From the NCBI GenBank assembly GCA_051362555.1, contig CM120640.1:51376788-51440787 (forward strand): a stretch of 64,000 bases of DNA, in the 5' to 3' direction. Source of the DNA: Lingula anatina (lineage: Eukaryota > Animalia > Brachiopoda). The translations under genes and the position numbers were made by a program. The notes beneath the pieces are model-generated. The model made no database searches and had not been told where the DNA came from. It was given only the letters and a program-made list of their open reading frames with translations. This document shows, piece after piece, positions 14,675 to 28,169 of the stretch (the first letter of the stretch is position 1; each line of letters opens with the position of its first letter).

Positions 14675-16552
14675 TAAAATCACTCTTATCTATGGACTTA
14701 AATAAATTATATATAATGTAAAGTCTACTGAGCATTTTATGGATTTTAGGCTTAAAGGTATAATAACTCTTCGTTTTGACCAAAAAATGAATTTTCCTGG
14801 AGTAAACAACAATTTTCCCATACTTACCAATGGTTAATGGATCCTTTTTTACATTCAAAGTTAGTCCCTGGTTTTTTTCTAAAAAGTTTGTTTTTTTGTT
14901 AAAATCTCTTAAAAGATTATAACAGAGTACAGCCATCAATGGAGGTCACGTGATCTGAAGACAAGTTCAGATATCAGAATAATAGCTATAATTGCTGTTT
15001 TTGTGGTAAAACAGAATTTATTATATTTCTATGAGTTGTTCACAATGTTTTTATTGTGAAATATAGATATCGTACGAAGAGTTATTATCCCTTTAATATA
15101 AATATATTATTCTTATATTATTCTTTAACATACTCGGTGCAGCCATCAAGGAAGTAAAGTGTGTACATTGAATTAAGATATGTGAAACCAATTTTTTTTT
15201 TATCAAATTTACAGACAAAAGGTAGATTGCTGATATAAAGAAAACAGGCTGAATTAAAACAAACATGAAGACCAATATTTACTTCATAAACTTTCTCACG
15301 CATATAGTGCTGCTAGAATTCTAAAGGTGTGTTTGAAGACTTTGAAATGCTTTGAACTACGGGAAGAAAATATTTACGAATCATTCATAAATTGATTTTT
15401 AATCTATTTATTGACTTAATTTTGTATGTATTCATTTATTTATCAATGTACTTTCATTCAGACCTTATTCATGGTAATGTATGACCCAATCCAAATACAT
15501 GTATAGTTTTACGTGTTTAAAAAGATACATCAATTAAACCATCAAAGTGAAAAAGAAACACAGATTTGACCGGAGCTGCACCTACGGTTATATAGTAAGT
15601 CTTTGGTGAAGTATTGAGGGAAATTACACACCGAATGCTGAAGAATTTTGTACCCTTAATGCGACCTCGAAAATGAAATTCTGGATATGAAATTCTGGAT
15701 ATTCTTTTTAAAAAGTTTAATGTTAAAGGAAATCTGAACGCTAAAGGGAACAAGCGATTTGCAACAAAATCTCACAGGTAAATTGAACAAATGAAATTAA
15801 ACATGATATATACGGGAAATAATTCAAAATGAGATGATACCGCTGTTAAATGCGCCCCCCCTTTAATACTAGAAGCTAAAATATGAAGACAACGCCCATG
15901 TGACAACGGAATGCTCGAATAGCACTTAAGTCAATAATTTTCACCCAAATTCTGCACATTAACCTGGCAAGGGCAACGCAGTCTGCCGCCCTTCAATAAC
16001 GCATTGGTTAAATCAATTAGACGAGTCGCTTAATTACTCAATTTGAAGACCCCTGTTTGCATATTTATTGGAACTGAAACCACATAATTAGAAAAGAATT
16101 GCAATGAAAAAGGCGAAACATGGAGCCATTCGGCTTAATGTCGTTATTTAATGTACAATTAACAAATTCAGTAAGCAGTTCTTCATTAAAAAGTCGGTTT
16201 TAAACACCTGTTAGTAAGTCAATTGTCTAGACGGGTTTGGAAATCTGGTGGTTAAGCATTGAACGCTTCGGTGCACTATTAATAAAGTCTAAAAGCATCG
16301 AATTCTCCTCCGCGCACATCCTGAAGTATGACTAATGTCACAATACTGAGTCATATGCGAGGGGTTTAATATCCTCCAAAGAAAGTGCATTGGGTAGCTC
16401 TCGTGTTGGGTCACATCAGAATGTATGTGCCCGCTGTCTGTCATCAACAACACGTCTATTACTTGTGAAATAGTCGTTCCAGATAAAGAAATAACAGTTC
16501 AATATATCTAGCATAAATATCCTGCACGTCTGGTCAATAAACCTGTTTCTCT

Positions 16553-19450
16553 CTAAGGCCTTATGTATTCTTTGAAGAGGAATTCAAGCTGGAATTGAAA
16601 AAGAGACAGAGAAATTTACATCACACACTGAGAAACTGATAAGCATAAAATTGTTTGCATTTTCTTCCCTCTAACTAATCAATATTTGATGTCTTAAAAA
16701 TCGAAAAATGAAATGTGACTTTAAAGATAATAAATGGTCTATTAGGAAATGCTCACCTGGTCCACATTTCCAGTGAGAGAAGATGTGGGTGCCCCTTGCT
16801 CAGTATCTTGATAGCAGTTCAAGCCAACAACCCATGCGGCCTCATTGCTCAACAAATCACCTAGAGTTATGCAATATTTTTGCAATCAAACTTCACTTTG
16901 TAACTGAGCATCGTGGCAAACAATATGAACAGCAGCAGAAAATGTCAGGACTCGAAAATTAGAACACTTGCTCCCAAACGATTTTCAGAAAAGACCGTTG
17001 TTTTCCTAAATCTTTTAAAGTCATGTAAGTGTAAAACATGAATAAATAAATAATAAATATTAAATATATAAAAGAAAACAAAGGGAAGAACATTATTTCA
17101 GGTGTATATTTATTACAGCAAATGGTTATTCAGTTATTAATCTTACCGTCTGCAGGGACCTCAGCGGCCAAAGAACCGTCAAGGTCCAGTGAAAGGATGG
17201 CGCCATTGTACGAAGCACGGATGTTGTGCCACTCACCCTGGTAAGCTCCGCCCTGAAGCCAACAAAAACGTTGTGTTTGAGCAGCCGATATCCCACTTTG
17301 AGCATACTTATTTAGGGTATTTCATACAAATAAGCAACGAACTTCAAATACATATGTACTTATTTATGTTATTTGCTATTGAATCATATAATCTATTTTT
17401 ACGTATCTCAAAGCACGTTGTGTCAAAGCAGAATGGTACCAGACCACAATGGTCTGACTTACCAACCGTCCGCTTGCCGAGAAAGTCCCGTTGTCTGTCA
17501 CCATGTTTACAACTACCTCTCCATCCTGGACGCTCAACTCAAAGGTAGGGGCGATGTTACACTTGGCATTGTTGACCAAAGCCACTTTTCTTTGATTACT
17601 GACCACGGGATCCACATTGACCCACAGAGCGACACTAAAAGGTGCCCTTGGGCTGTTTTGTTTGAAAAGGGGAAGCTCGATGTGCCCTGAAAAAGTCGGT
17701 TCATTGTTGTTCGGTCAAAACATCAACGTAAGGTGCCCTGATTTTACAGACAGACTTAAGACATAATATAGAGTATTAGGTAGCAAGTGGTATGAAATAA
17801 AGAAAACTAATACGCTTATCTATCTAATGTTTAACAGTCCTTTTAAAATATTAGATTATTTACGCGATAACGTGACGGTGTCACAGAACAACATGCTTTA
17901 ACAGTGTTGTCAAAATTTAAAAAGTTGACAACCATCATTTACCCATGCCATCAAGGTACACGGACTGGTCTCCAACCCGGGACTCGTTGACGAAGTACAC
18001 GTTGCGACGAGAGTTTGGTACAGAGAACGCAATGTTGCCTGCAGCATGGAAGCTGCCCTCGAAGCCGAAGTCGACGCCATCATATTCTGAGAAGAAGAAT
18101 CGAAAATAAGCAACCCAAATATTTGGTCCTCTTGTTTTATAGCCCGAATTTTATTATCTTTCGCTCTATTTGTCTGAGGTTATTTGGATTAATATTTTTC
18201 TTAATTTCGAATAAATCTTTAATTTACTTTTAAAAAAATACGTACCAGGGGCATTGCATCTGCACACCGACAGGCTGAAGTTGTAAGGCTCACAGGAAAT
18301 TGGACCAAGAGGATCGTGGTTGGGATAATGGATAAAGAATTTGCTTGCCTCACCAATTACTGAGGACTTCATCAAACCGGCATCGTCAGTGCAGTTTTCT
18401 GTAAGTAAAATGGATGCACTCAATCAATATTTATCTGTTTTTCGTGTCTGGCAACATTTATTATCTTTGAAATTGCAAGAATCATTATTCATAACATATA
18501 CAGATAAACAGGTTTGCAAAAATTAACCAAAAGGCTATTTGTAGGAGAATGATATTTATCATGTATCTAGTGAGAATATACATTTTATCTTCTTAAGCCC
18601 AACAACTGAAAGCCAGTTAAATAGAAAAGATGTTTAGAATGGTATTACTCACGGTCTGGCTGTTCCACTGGAGGCGTAGGTGGCAGCGTTGTCTTTTGTA
18701 CAGCTAAAATGATAATGGAAGTGAAGTTTCAGTACATCAAGGAGTCAGCACTTCGAATGGTTACTATAACCGTCATTATCAATTTTCTTACACAGATAAT
18801 AAAAACCGTTCATAATTTTTATTTTCTCCACAATATTGTTAAGTGTAATATCATATGGAATGCAGTCCAATATACTTACGTTCTGGGCACTGCTCAGAGC
18901 CAAGGGGAGGTTTCGGACCAGAGTTTTCGCAAGTTACTGCCTCGTCGTCGCACCGGCTACAGGACTGAACGTCCTGGTTCCAGAGAGTTCCAGGTGCACA
19001 GCTTTTCGTGAAAACACTGTACATCCAACCATCGTCACCTCTCTCACTGCGCCTAATGCACACCCAGTATCCGCCACAGTCGTTAGGATCGTAAGTGTAG
19101 CCAACGGCGCCATTCTCTGTCAAAGGACCGCCATCCACCACGCACGTCCCACACTGCTCTATTGACAAAGTGAACCGATGATGAACAATACTCATTTAAA
19201 GAACAATGCGCTTTGTAAAATAAACTCTGCTTAAAATGGTAGAAGCATCAATCGAGAGAGGTCAGATCATTTACAAATGAGAGGAAAGCATTAAGTTAGT
19301 TTTCTTTTCTCTTCACAGTGTACTTACTCACTTACGTGTGGGGCCTAACATTTGAATTTAACTGTCAAATATCAAAATGATGAACTCACCATCAACATTC
19401 TGGGCTGCTGCAAGTGCCACTAGGGCAAGGCACAACAACTGTTTCAACAT
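16553..19450 (-). CDS. Pif/LamG3-like secreted matrix protein A1 (signal peptide, CBM14 chitin-binding module, reduced Cys module, LamG/ConA-like domain; no VWA), ~385 aa
   Basis: Exons 19450-19390 (MLKQLLCLALVALAAAQNVD), 19158-18880, 18703-18653, 18398-18246, 18086-17943, 17686-17463, 17252-17147, 16860-16757 and 16588-16553 (LEFLFKEYIRP*). Splice sites are canonical and the frame is open. Motifs: DPNDCGGYWVC...CAPGTLWNQDVQSC (peritrophin-A-like) and FSVALWV...WHNIRASYNG.LSLDLDG (LamG-3-like). Confidence 0.88.
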
Positions 19451-20280
19451 TGTGTGGCTTCTGAAAAAAGGAAAAATGCGTTAACAGATTCACAAATTGA
19501 ATATGACAATTGCTTTATTTTGATTCTCAGCTATTCACCAAAAGTTAATGTAAAAAAAAGTTTATGATTTTTTTAGTTCCTTTTAAAGGGAAGTAAATAA
19601 AGGAAATAGATTCATCACAGGTCAGATCACATTCATCCTTCATTTAAATGTTCATTTGATCAGTATGCTAATTGGAGTTTAATCAATATATTAAATATTT
19701 TAATATTTTGACTTAAAAACAGAAAGGTCTTAAAGACAAGCGAGGAAGGTCATTTTTTCCTATGCCACACGTAAGAAGTAATCGTGCAAACAGTATTATT
19801 ATCTATGTATGCATCTGGGTATAAAACTGAAAAAAGATGTATCACACGGACAAAGATGATATATCATCAGAATTGTCATCAAAAACAACATTATGTTCTA
19901 TGGACAGGGTTTCAAGGAATCAATACATACATGTATTTCTTGCTTGGAGGAGAGTATCACAATTTCACTTGGAGTAATTGAATCTATTTTTTCAATCGCT
20001 AGCTGTCCGAATGTTGACTAATTTAAAGCTGGCGTTTTCACTCTTTGTACTTAAAATCAGATAAGCTTAAAATACTGTGATAAATAAGCAATTTAGGACT
20101 GTTCTAAACATTTTTCTTTTTTGTTTACATGAAATGGCCTATTCTGACATGAACATTAGGACGAAAGAAGTTATAGGCCTACGTACTTCACTCTTAAACA
20201 TATTCTTCCATTTTTATACTGATTTCTTAAATAATAAAATAAAATGGTAACGTAAATGCGCCCACATGTTTGACCACATA

Positions 20281-20354
20281 CCTGAGGGATATTGTGCTTG
20301 GTGAAAGTTCCTTCCAATCCTCTGGACTATCTTTTCTAATTACAGTCATTTAAG
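20281..20354 (-). promoter_or_regulatory. Putative non-coding first exon and TATA-like element of A1 (copy in A2 at ~33511-33583)
   Basis: GTATGT donor next to 20281 and TTAAAT upstream. The block is conserved in both duplicate units. Confidence 0.4.
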
Positions 20355-22766
20355 TACCACAGAGAAAGAAAACTGTCGACAGGGGGCACTTGTGGTCCCT
20401 AAAGGAGTCCATTTGTGGTTTGCTATTCCTATTATCTGTGAATTTTGGGACTTGTCACGGTCTTGCCACGTGGTGATAAATGCTTACACTTCACTGCAAA
20501 ATGGGCACAACGCTCACCTCTCATCTGGTCAACTAGTTGCCAAGTTACCATGTCAGAAATAAGTCTCGTATCAAAGTAGACCAAATTGGTGTCAGCAATG
20601 ATTAATATAAAAACCCAAAGTTGTAACATGCAGAAAATACTTTTTGTAAGACAAAACTGTTATATTTTGACGTTCATTATTTTATTCTTATGTTTGTATT
20701 TCATTTGTATTTGCAATTAATATGTCTAGGCATGGGGAAGAATTTAGGCATCGGTATCCAAAGTAACACGCTAAAGAAGCCTATAAAGGTAAATGTGAAG
20801 ATTATTTCCCTGCTAGTTTTCACTGGATGGAAAGATTTGCCATAGTAATAGGGTTTGGTTTTGATAATTAGTCAAGTGGAATTTGTCGAGACACCTTAAT
20901 GTGCCAATTATTGTGTCTAAATGTCATATATGGTAACTGCTATGGGGTCTATGATTCCATTAAAGATGATTAAAACATTACTTGAGGAAATGTGTCTCAA
21001 GACCATCTATACATCTATCCAAATTTTATAAATAATTCACTGCACTTTGTCCTTCCTCTGTGCCCCCCCCCCTCCCACGTCTCATTCCTCTGTCCTACTT
21101 GAAATATGGAGAAAATCTAGTACCGTGATCCGGGATAACGGACTAAAATTCGCCAAACAAGGTCTCTACTTAAAGTAGTCCACGTTATAAAAAGGCAACT
21201 AGAAGGTGAAAATAAATCAAAACACAAAGAGTTATCTGGCCTGCGGGGAAGTCACTGTCAAACACAGAAAAAGTGCAAATTAGTTATCGAGTGAGACTGT
21301 AACAGCAAAAAGTAGCGCTTAAACAACTTAAAACTTGTAATTTGGTTTGAAGATGCCACTTTTTTTTTCTTTTCTAAAATTCACCAAATGGTTCTAAAGC
21401 AGTTTTGACAACCAGGAATATATCACAGCAGGGTTGAAAAGCAAAAGGAATGCCTGTGTTACTTTTGCCTTCGTTTTCGACACAGCATTTTTCAGGAATG
21501 GTTTTGGCGCTCTTTAAACGTGTGGAAAACAATTCAAAAGAAAATTCACTGATGTCATGGTATTTGCTAATATGTTCAATGGTTTATGTATATTCTGGTA
21601 GACATTGCACTGCTGTTAAATGGAATTCACAAATAAAGCGTTTTAATAACGACAGTCATGTCTATCTGTCCCCAGAGGACTATCTGTCCCCATCGGGCCG
21701 TCTACCCCTAGACACTAATTGGTTACAGGAATTTTACTCTATGACCTTTGACCCATTGCAGGACTCATAAGGTTAATGCTTTTCATTGGGTGACCAATCG
21801 GATGATTGCCAGTGACGCGTGTAGGTTCTCGTGCATGCTTGAAACGCGTTTACGGTTCTCATTTTAATACTTTAAGTAGCCATGACTGCACCCTCCCAAT
21901 AAAATTTTAATCTTTTACAATTGACTGCACTGCATGGTATAATTTAGATATTGAATTCTAATTTTAGTGTACGGTTCAATCTTCTCAATTAAGTTAAATT
22001 AGGTAAAAAACTCAAATAAATTTTCAATACCCTAGAACACGAAAGGGTCTTCAATGTTAACATAAAAGATGAAACACGTTTTATTTGACAAAACTGCTGA
22101 AATATTATTTCGACTATTGACCCTTTACGATGACCCGTTCCATTGAAACTATTTCACTGAAATTTCGACTTAAAATGCAAATTACGGTAGATTACTGGCA
22201 ATAGGGATATGTTTTTTCTTTGACAAATTATAAGCCAGGGGGCACCACTTTGTCGTCTCTAACAGTGCTGCCTATGCCAATTATCTAGATTTAAATTTAA
22301 AAACTAGTAATGATGGAATGCAGAAATCAAGCAATTGCTATTTTGTCTAAAATTATATCGGTAGGTCACACTAAAAGTGTTAGATATCGAACATACATTA
22401 AAATTTCTCGTTTCATAACGAACGAAAACGCAATTGTAATGTTGATTTTGGGATTCAATTAAATCTTACATATTTCCAACCAAACGATATGCTATTTTGC
22501 CAAAACGTACTTGTTTTCACTTTTTCAAAACGTTTGAAATGCCTTTCTTAACAAAAGCCCCCACCAAAAGCCATTAATTGGCACCAAAATACCTAATTTC
22601 GAATATTGATTAAAGGGATAACAACTCTTTATTTTGGCGGGAAAAGTGCCATAACGGATTTTCCTGGGGTAAAAGATGATATTTACCAATGGTTAATAAA
22701 TACGCTCTGATATTTTAAGTTACTAGATTCGTTTTTAAGTGTGTTTTTGTAATAATCTCTTAAGAG

Positions 22767-22812
22767 ACGGATTTTCCTGGGATAACCGGGACGTTCATAG
22801 ATGGTCACCCTA
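22767..22812 (-). mobile_element. hAT-Blackjack-like terminal fragment
   Basis: The reverse complement begins TAGGGTGACCAT...CGTCCCGG. It lies in a ~370 bp segment (~22570-22935) that is absent from the paralogous position in unit 2 (~35315). Confidence 0.45.
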
Positions 22813-23791
22813 CGTAATAATTTCTTTTAAGAGATCTATCTAGCCATCTATGAAGGTCCACATGATTCAATGGCAAGCACAGAATTTCATAAAAATAGCA
22901 ATAACCGCCATTTTGGAGGTAGAATTAATTATATATTTTTTTGTTGTTTACAATGTATTTATTTTAGAATTTTCATAATTTTATAATCTCTTTAAGTGTA
23001 TCAACAGAAAATGGTCTTGCATGCATAAAAAAATCTGGTAGTACCAGTAACAATTTAAAACCGAAGAAAAAGCCAACTCTTCAGGGCATAAAGGTACAAA
23101 CCACACATTTCAGTCTTTATTCATGCATTTATTTCGTCTTTATTTGATCAAAACAAGCGTGACAACATTTTATACCTAATTAACATACCGCTAACTTCTA
23201 CACGGTAGTGAACAGACAGAATGTGTTCATTTTCATTTAATTACTGAAATCAGAATCTCAATTAAACCTGCTTAGTAGACGCCGGGCACTTGTTTGTGCA
23301 TATATCACCATATAAAACACATTTTCAAATATCATCCAGGGTGCCGATACGAGACGCAACGTTTGAAGAACAAAATTGAGAAGGACCGCCCTGTATCCTA
23401 ATATATATTTGCCTCCAGACAGTTGACACGTTGTTGTACGTATAATGCGTTTATACCTCTCTTGTTTTTAATATGCTTTGGCTGGTAAGTTTTTATAGGA
23501 TGTATATGTCACTGATCTGATGAATGGAAGAACTTAATTTGGGGTAATGTTCAACGTGAATTGGGATGGACTGAGTTATCCTTGTCAGCTGTCAATCATT
23601 CTCAAGTGGGCTCTGGTCTTGGCCCTTATTGTGAACACAATTCCCCAATCTCCTTGGCTGAGAGTACTCTGTTATAAAATGACACCTGAAATAATAAATA
23701 CATTAATTTATGAAAGGAGAAACATATTGTTTCACCACAACCATTATTATCTTGGTAACTTCTATCTTGTTTACGAATCTTTTACAATTGG

Positions 23792-23794
<3 letters not shown>

Positions 23795-23859
<65 letters not shown>
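23795..23859. repeat. Compound (CT)n(GT)n microsatellite (paralogue at 36182-36241)
   Basis: Read directly. Confidence 0.9.
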
Positions 23860-24511
23860 AAAATTTTTGCATACCTCGTCAAGTCGTCCTTCGAAACTTG
23901 GATCATAATCGTCGCACAGGTACTCGTCCTCATAATAGTAACTGTTTCCTAGAATCCAGGCGGATTCTGTTGCAACTATATCACCTAAGAGAGGAAAAAG
24001 AGGCTTAATGATTTACAGTATATGGGATATAAGACTGAAACTGCGGGTTACTGAAATTATAACAATAGGCCGTGTCATTTGCTATTTACAAAGAGATAAT
24101 AAAAAATATAAGAAAAATGAAGTGCAAAAAATTTAACATGTTGTGACGAATGTGAACTACTTGACTATATAAGTATGCTAAAAACGCAAAACTGCTAAAA
24201 TTCATTCGTTACAGATTCTACTGTACATTGGGTATACTCTATCATTTAGAAGAAGTAGTAACATTATCTGTTTTCCTCTTACCAGATGCCTCTACAGCTT
24301 CAGAGTCTTCACCCTCTAAATACAACGCCATGTAATCTCCATCGTATGTCACGGCAACACACACACCCAGGAGCCTTGTCCCCCACCTCCCTGAAACAAA
24401 TCAGTTTATAACACACCACTTAGTAACTTATAATAAAGCAAAAATGTGTCTCTTGTGTCTTAGTGAAACGATGTGTGGATATGTGCGCGCACCTGTATGC
24501 GGTGTGTGTGT

Positions 24512-24513
<2 letters not shown>

Positions 24514-24577
<64 letters not shown>
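24514..24577. repeat. Compound (GT)n(GA)n microsatellite (paralogue at 36903-36964)
   Basis: Read directly. Confidence 0.9.
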
Positions 24578-24578
<1 letters not shown>

Positions 24579-26846
24579 GGGATAAAAATGTACCACATAC
24601 TGTGGTGGTATATCGTTAAATCCGTCCTCTGTCTCCATATAAACCCCAACTCCACCTTCTTCGAAATAGATTTCAACAGTCGGTAAGATGTCGCACTTGC
24701 CGTTGTTGAGTAGTGCAATACTCTTTCCCTCTGTGTTCACATCCTCATCCAGCCAGTGGAAGAAATGAATGGTGAATGGATAGTCAGGGGGGGTTGTTTT
24801 TGAAATAAGGGATTTCAGCATGACCTGAGGATAAATCAAGGATAAATCAAGAAATCAAGAAAACATTAGACTTAAGCCTATTATATCCCCCTCTCTCTCT
24901 ATCATCCACATTAGTTCTTGCTTTTTCCAAAGGCAATAAATAGCATCTTACCGAACTCATCGATACACAGAGCACCATCCCCCACCCTGGCCTTATCGGG
25001 AACTTCCATAGTATTCTCACACAGTGAAGCATGGGCAACATCATTTGGCTCAGAATACGCGGTCTTCCCTATCGAAGCATAATCGTCCTCATATTGAAAG
25101 ATGATGGAGCTAAACACTGAAAGAAAGGAAAGTAAATGAAACATAATCCATTGAATAACACTTGACAGGTAAACATATTCTGCCATTTTATTAGGCATAT
25201 CACAATCTGTTGTTCCTAACTTATTTCCATGTTGTTATTGATACAACTATAATCTTCAAAGGCAATACTACATTTCCTAACACATTTAGTTCCAAAATCA
25301 AAACTTGCACTTTCCCTTAAAACAGAAGACAGGTCATACCAGGGGCTTCACATCCACAGCGGCTTAGGCTAAATCTGTGTGGAAAACAGGACACCGGCCC
25401 TACAGGGGCCCGTGGAAACGTTAAAGACAGTGTGTTAAGTTTTTTTTTTAAAGAATGTTCAAAGAATGAAACAAAAGGACACAAAACCAATAAAAACTTA
25501 CTTTCAACAAAGTAAGAAAAGTAAGTAAATATTTAAGTAAGTAAATAAATAAGAACACAAATTCTGCATGGGAATTTATGTCAACATTTCCATAATTCCG
25601 TAATTCAGAACTGGCCATTGGCCACTCACAATACGATAGGACAAATGTGTTTGTTTTCAAACTAATACATAAAAACAAACAAATTCTACTGGTTGGGAAG
25701 TGAATGTTTCTTACTGCCCCACGTGTACATAGATTTTGTGGGCCTCAGTCCAGTCTGATGGTCGGCTAAAACAAAATAGAGGAAAGCACAATTTAATGTC
25801 AGTTAGCAAGAGTGCCAATGTTGGCTGTTGCTTGACTGATATAAAAAAAGGTTAATGAAATTACCATTAACTCCTTGTCTGTCTTCTGCTTCTGTCCTCA
25901 TTTGTGTATAATAAAAAACTTTTAAGTTATAGATCCATGGGACTAATTATTACGTTTACTGATTATTAACCAGTCTTTTAGAAATGCAAAGGTTTATTCT
26001 TGATCATAATAATGACCAAAAACACTCACGAAAAGGACAATGCGAGGAACCCATCGGTGGCTTGGGTGCGGTGCCTTTGCAAACAGCTTGAGGATCGTCA
26101 CAGCGGATGCAAGCTTGGCTATCTTGGTCCCAAACGGTTCCAATGGGACAGCTGCGAACAATGACAGTATACACCTAACCGTCCAGACCCCTGTTGGGCC
26201 GTCTCTCACACATCCAGTATGATGTACAGCTGTACGGATCGAATATGTATCCAACGGCTCCATTTTCTGTTAGAGGACCACCATTGACAACACACTTGCC
26301 GCAAAAATCTGAATAAAACACTTTGGTGATCATCTTTTTTTCAACGTTACAAATGTTTCCAGTCAAAATTATCACATATTCAATATTATTCAATTTTTGA
26401 CACGAATTCAATTATACTGAAATACAATTGGGTATTGATTTCACACTTAACCATTTGTGTTTTAACATATACTAGAGATAAGTGATATAAACTAGAGGAT
26501 ATTACACGTGCTTAGTGAATCTGACCCTCAGTGAGTGAACTCACCATCTATATGGACAGCTAGGAGGAGGCACGTAAGCTGTTGTTGTTCCCGGGCCAAC
26601 TGTAGCTTGCCCTGGTGTAGCTAAACTTAGTCCCGGTGTCTCTTTGCTGGTACAGATGGCAGCCAAAAGTTTGTTTCTAAGTCCAAGTAGCTCGCTTGAG
26701 CTGTCCACCGTAAATAGTGTGTCCTTATCAGAAGCGATTGCTGACAGTTCCTGTTTATCTAGCTAGACAGGAGAAAAAAGTGAGATATTTCAATAAACAA
26801 TGTACCGATTTTAAAAGAAAAAAAAATACAACTCCCCATTCCCTGA

Positions 26847-26850
<4 letters not shown>

Positions 26851-26897
<47 letters not shown>
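26851..26897. repeat. (AT)n microsatellite, much shorter at the unit 2 position (~39321)
   Basis: Read directly. Confidence 0.9.
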
Positions 26898-26901
<4 letters not shown>

Positions 26902-27810
26902 GGGTGAGTATAATATTTTGTATGTTTTGGCTTTTATAGTTTCCCTACTTTTGAAAATTTTGATGGATGATTCAGTATGCTCACAAAGATTCTATTAACA
27001 AAAATCTACTGCATAAGCTAAATGCTGTGCATTTTGGCAAGTAAACTAAAAATGACATTGGGGTACGTTTATTGTGATAGATGGCGATACAAAAATACAC
27101 GTATCCATTAAAAAATCAAAGAACACTCATGGTAAAGGGTCATTCCTTATCGCCGATTCCGACGGCATAGATGATTGCACCGTCATTCTTAAGTTTGCGA
27201 GCACCCGTCAAAGTTCTGTCTGGAAATCTGGATTGCTCACCGGTCAAAAGGACAATAACGTTGGTGACGTTCCGTCTATCTCCCGAGCCAGCCTCGAGCC
27301 TCGCTGGGCCCTGGTTCGTAAGAAAGCCATGTGGGTTGCTGTATTGCCTTTCTTGAAAGGTACTGCCTTGACTGCTTTAAGTAGCCCTTGGACATCTTGG
27401 TATCTGTTTAACGGGAGCCGTAGCTCAGAGGAAGGTGAAAATGTCACCAGTCCAACCCTCACCGAATAAGGGAATATATAGAAGCCTACTATAAGCTACT
27501 GCACGAAATTCAGTTCTTGTCTTTGAGGAATGCACAAGAAATACGATGTCGGCTTCCCCCGTGCACCCTGAGCACAAAATTAATTTATTCAGAAGTAATA
27601 ATATTTTTAGATTCATTGGCGTTCACAAGGCCAATGTCATTATTTTATTTTCGTTTGCAACATAAAGATAAAAGTTTAGCATAACAACCTTTTCATTCTT
27701 AAATACATGTATGTGTTTGGGCTATTGTACTTCCAATTTATCAAACATTAGCTCGATTTTAGTGGCATTGTATCCAACAAGAAGTTATTAACTTTACAGT
27801 AGCTCATAAA

Positions 27811-28169
27811 GGGTATCAGGACACACACAGATCCTTGGACAGTTCCCCCTGGACAACCCTGCATCCCCCAGAGAATCCCCCTCGCCTATAATGAATATGA
27901 TGATGTGAATGATCAATGTGATAATAAGTAAAAAAATTGTCCAATTTTAATAAAAATGTGTCTCTAGTTAAAGTGGGGTAAACATATAATCTCTCTCATC
28001 TAGGTGTTCCTTTCCGGAAGTAACTGTCACTTTTAATTGTTTTATCATTCCCCCTTAATCAAATTGCCTGCCCTTAGCCAAGGTGAGGAAATGTATGCGG
28101 AAAATTGTCTTGGGGGTGGGGGGGTGTTCGGGTGGGGGTTTCTGGGGTGGTGGTGGGTTGTACTACAAT
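27811..28169. mobile_element. Foldback/MITE-like element in a B1 intron (copy of 40224-40584)
   Basis: C-rich GGACAA..CCCC repeats on the left are mirrored by G-rich GGGG..TTGTC repeats on the right. Confidence 0.4.

Noticed and set aside
23547-24718. ORFs with LSLSLS/THTHTH/ERERER runs (also 35934-37103)
   Set aside because: Read-through of intronic dinucleotide repeats, not coding low-complexity domains.
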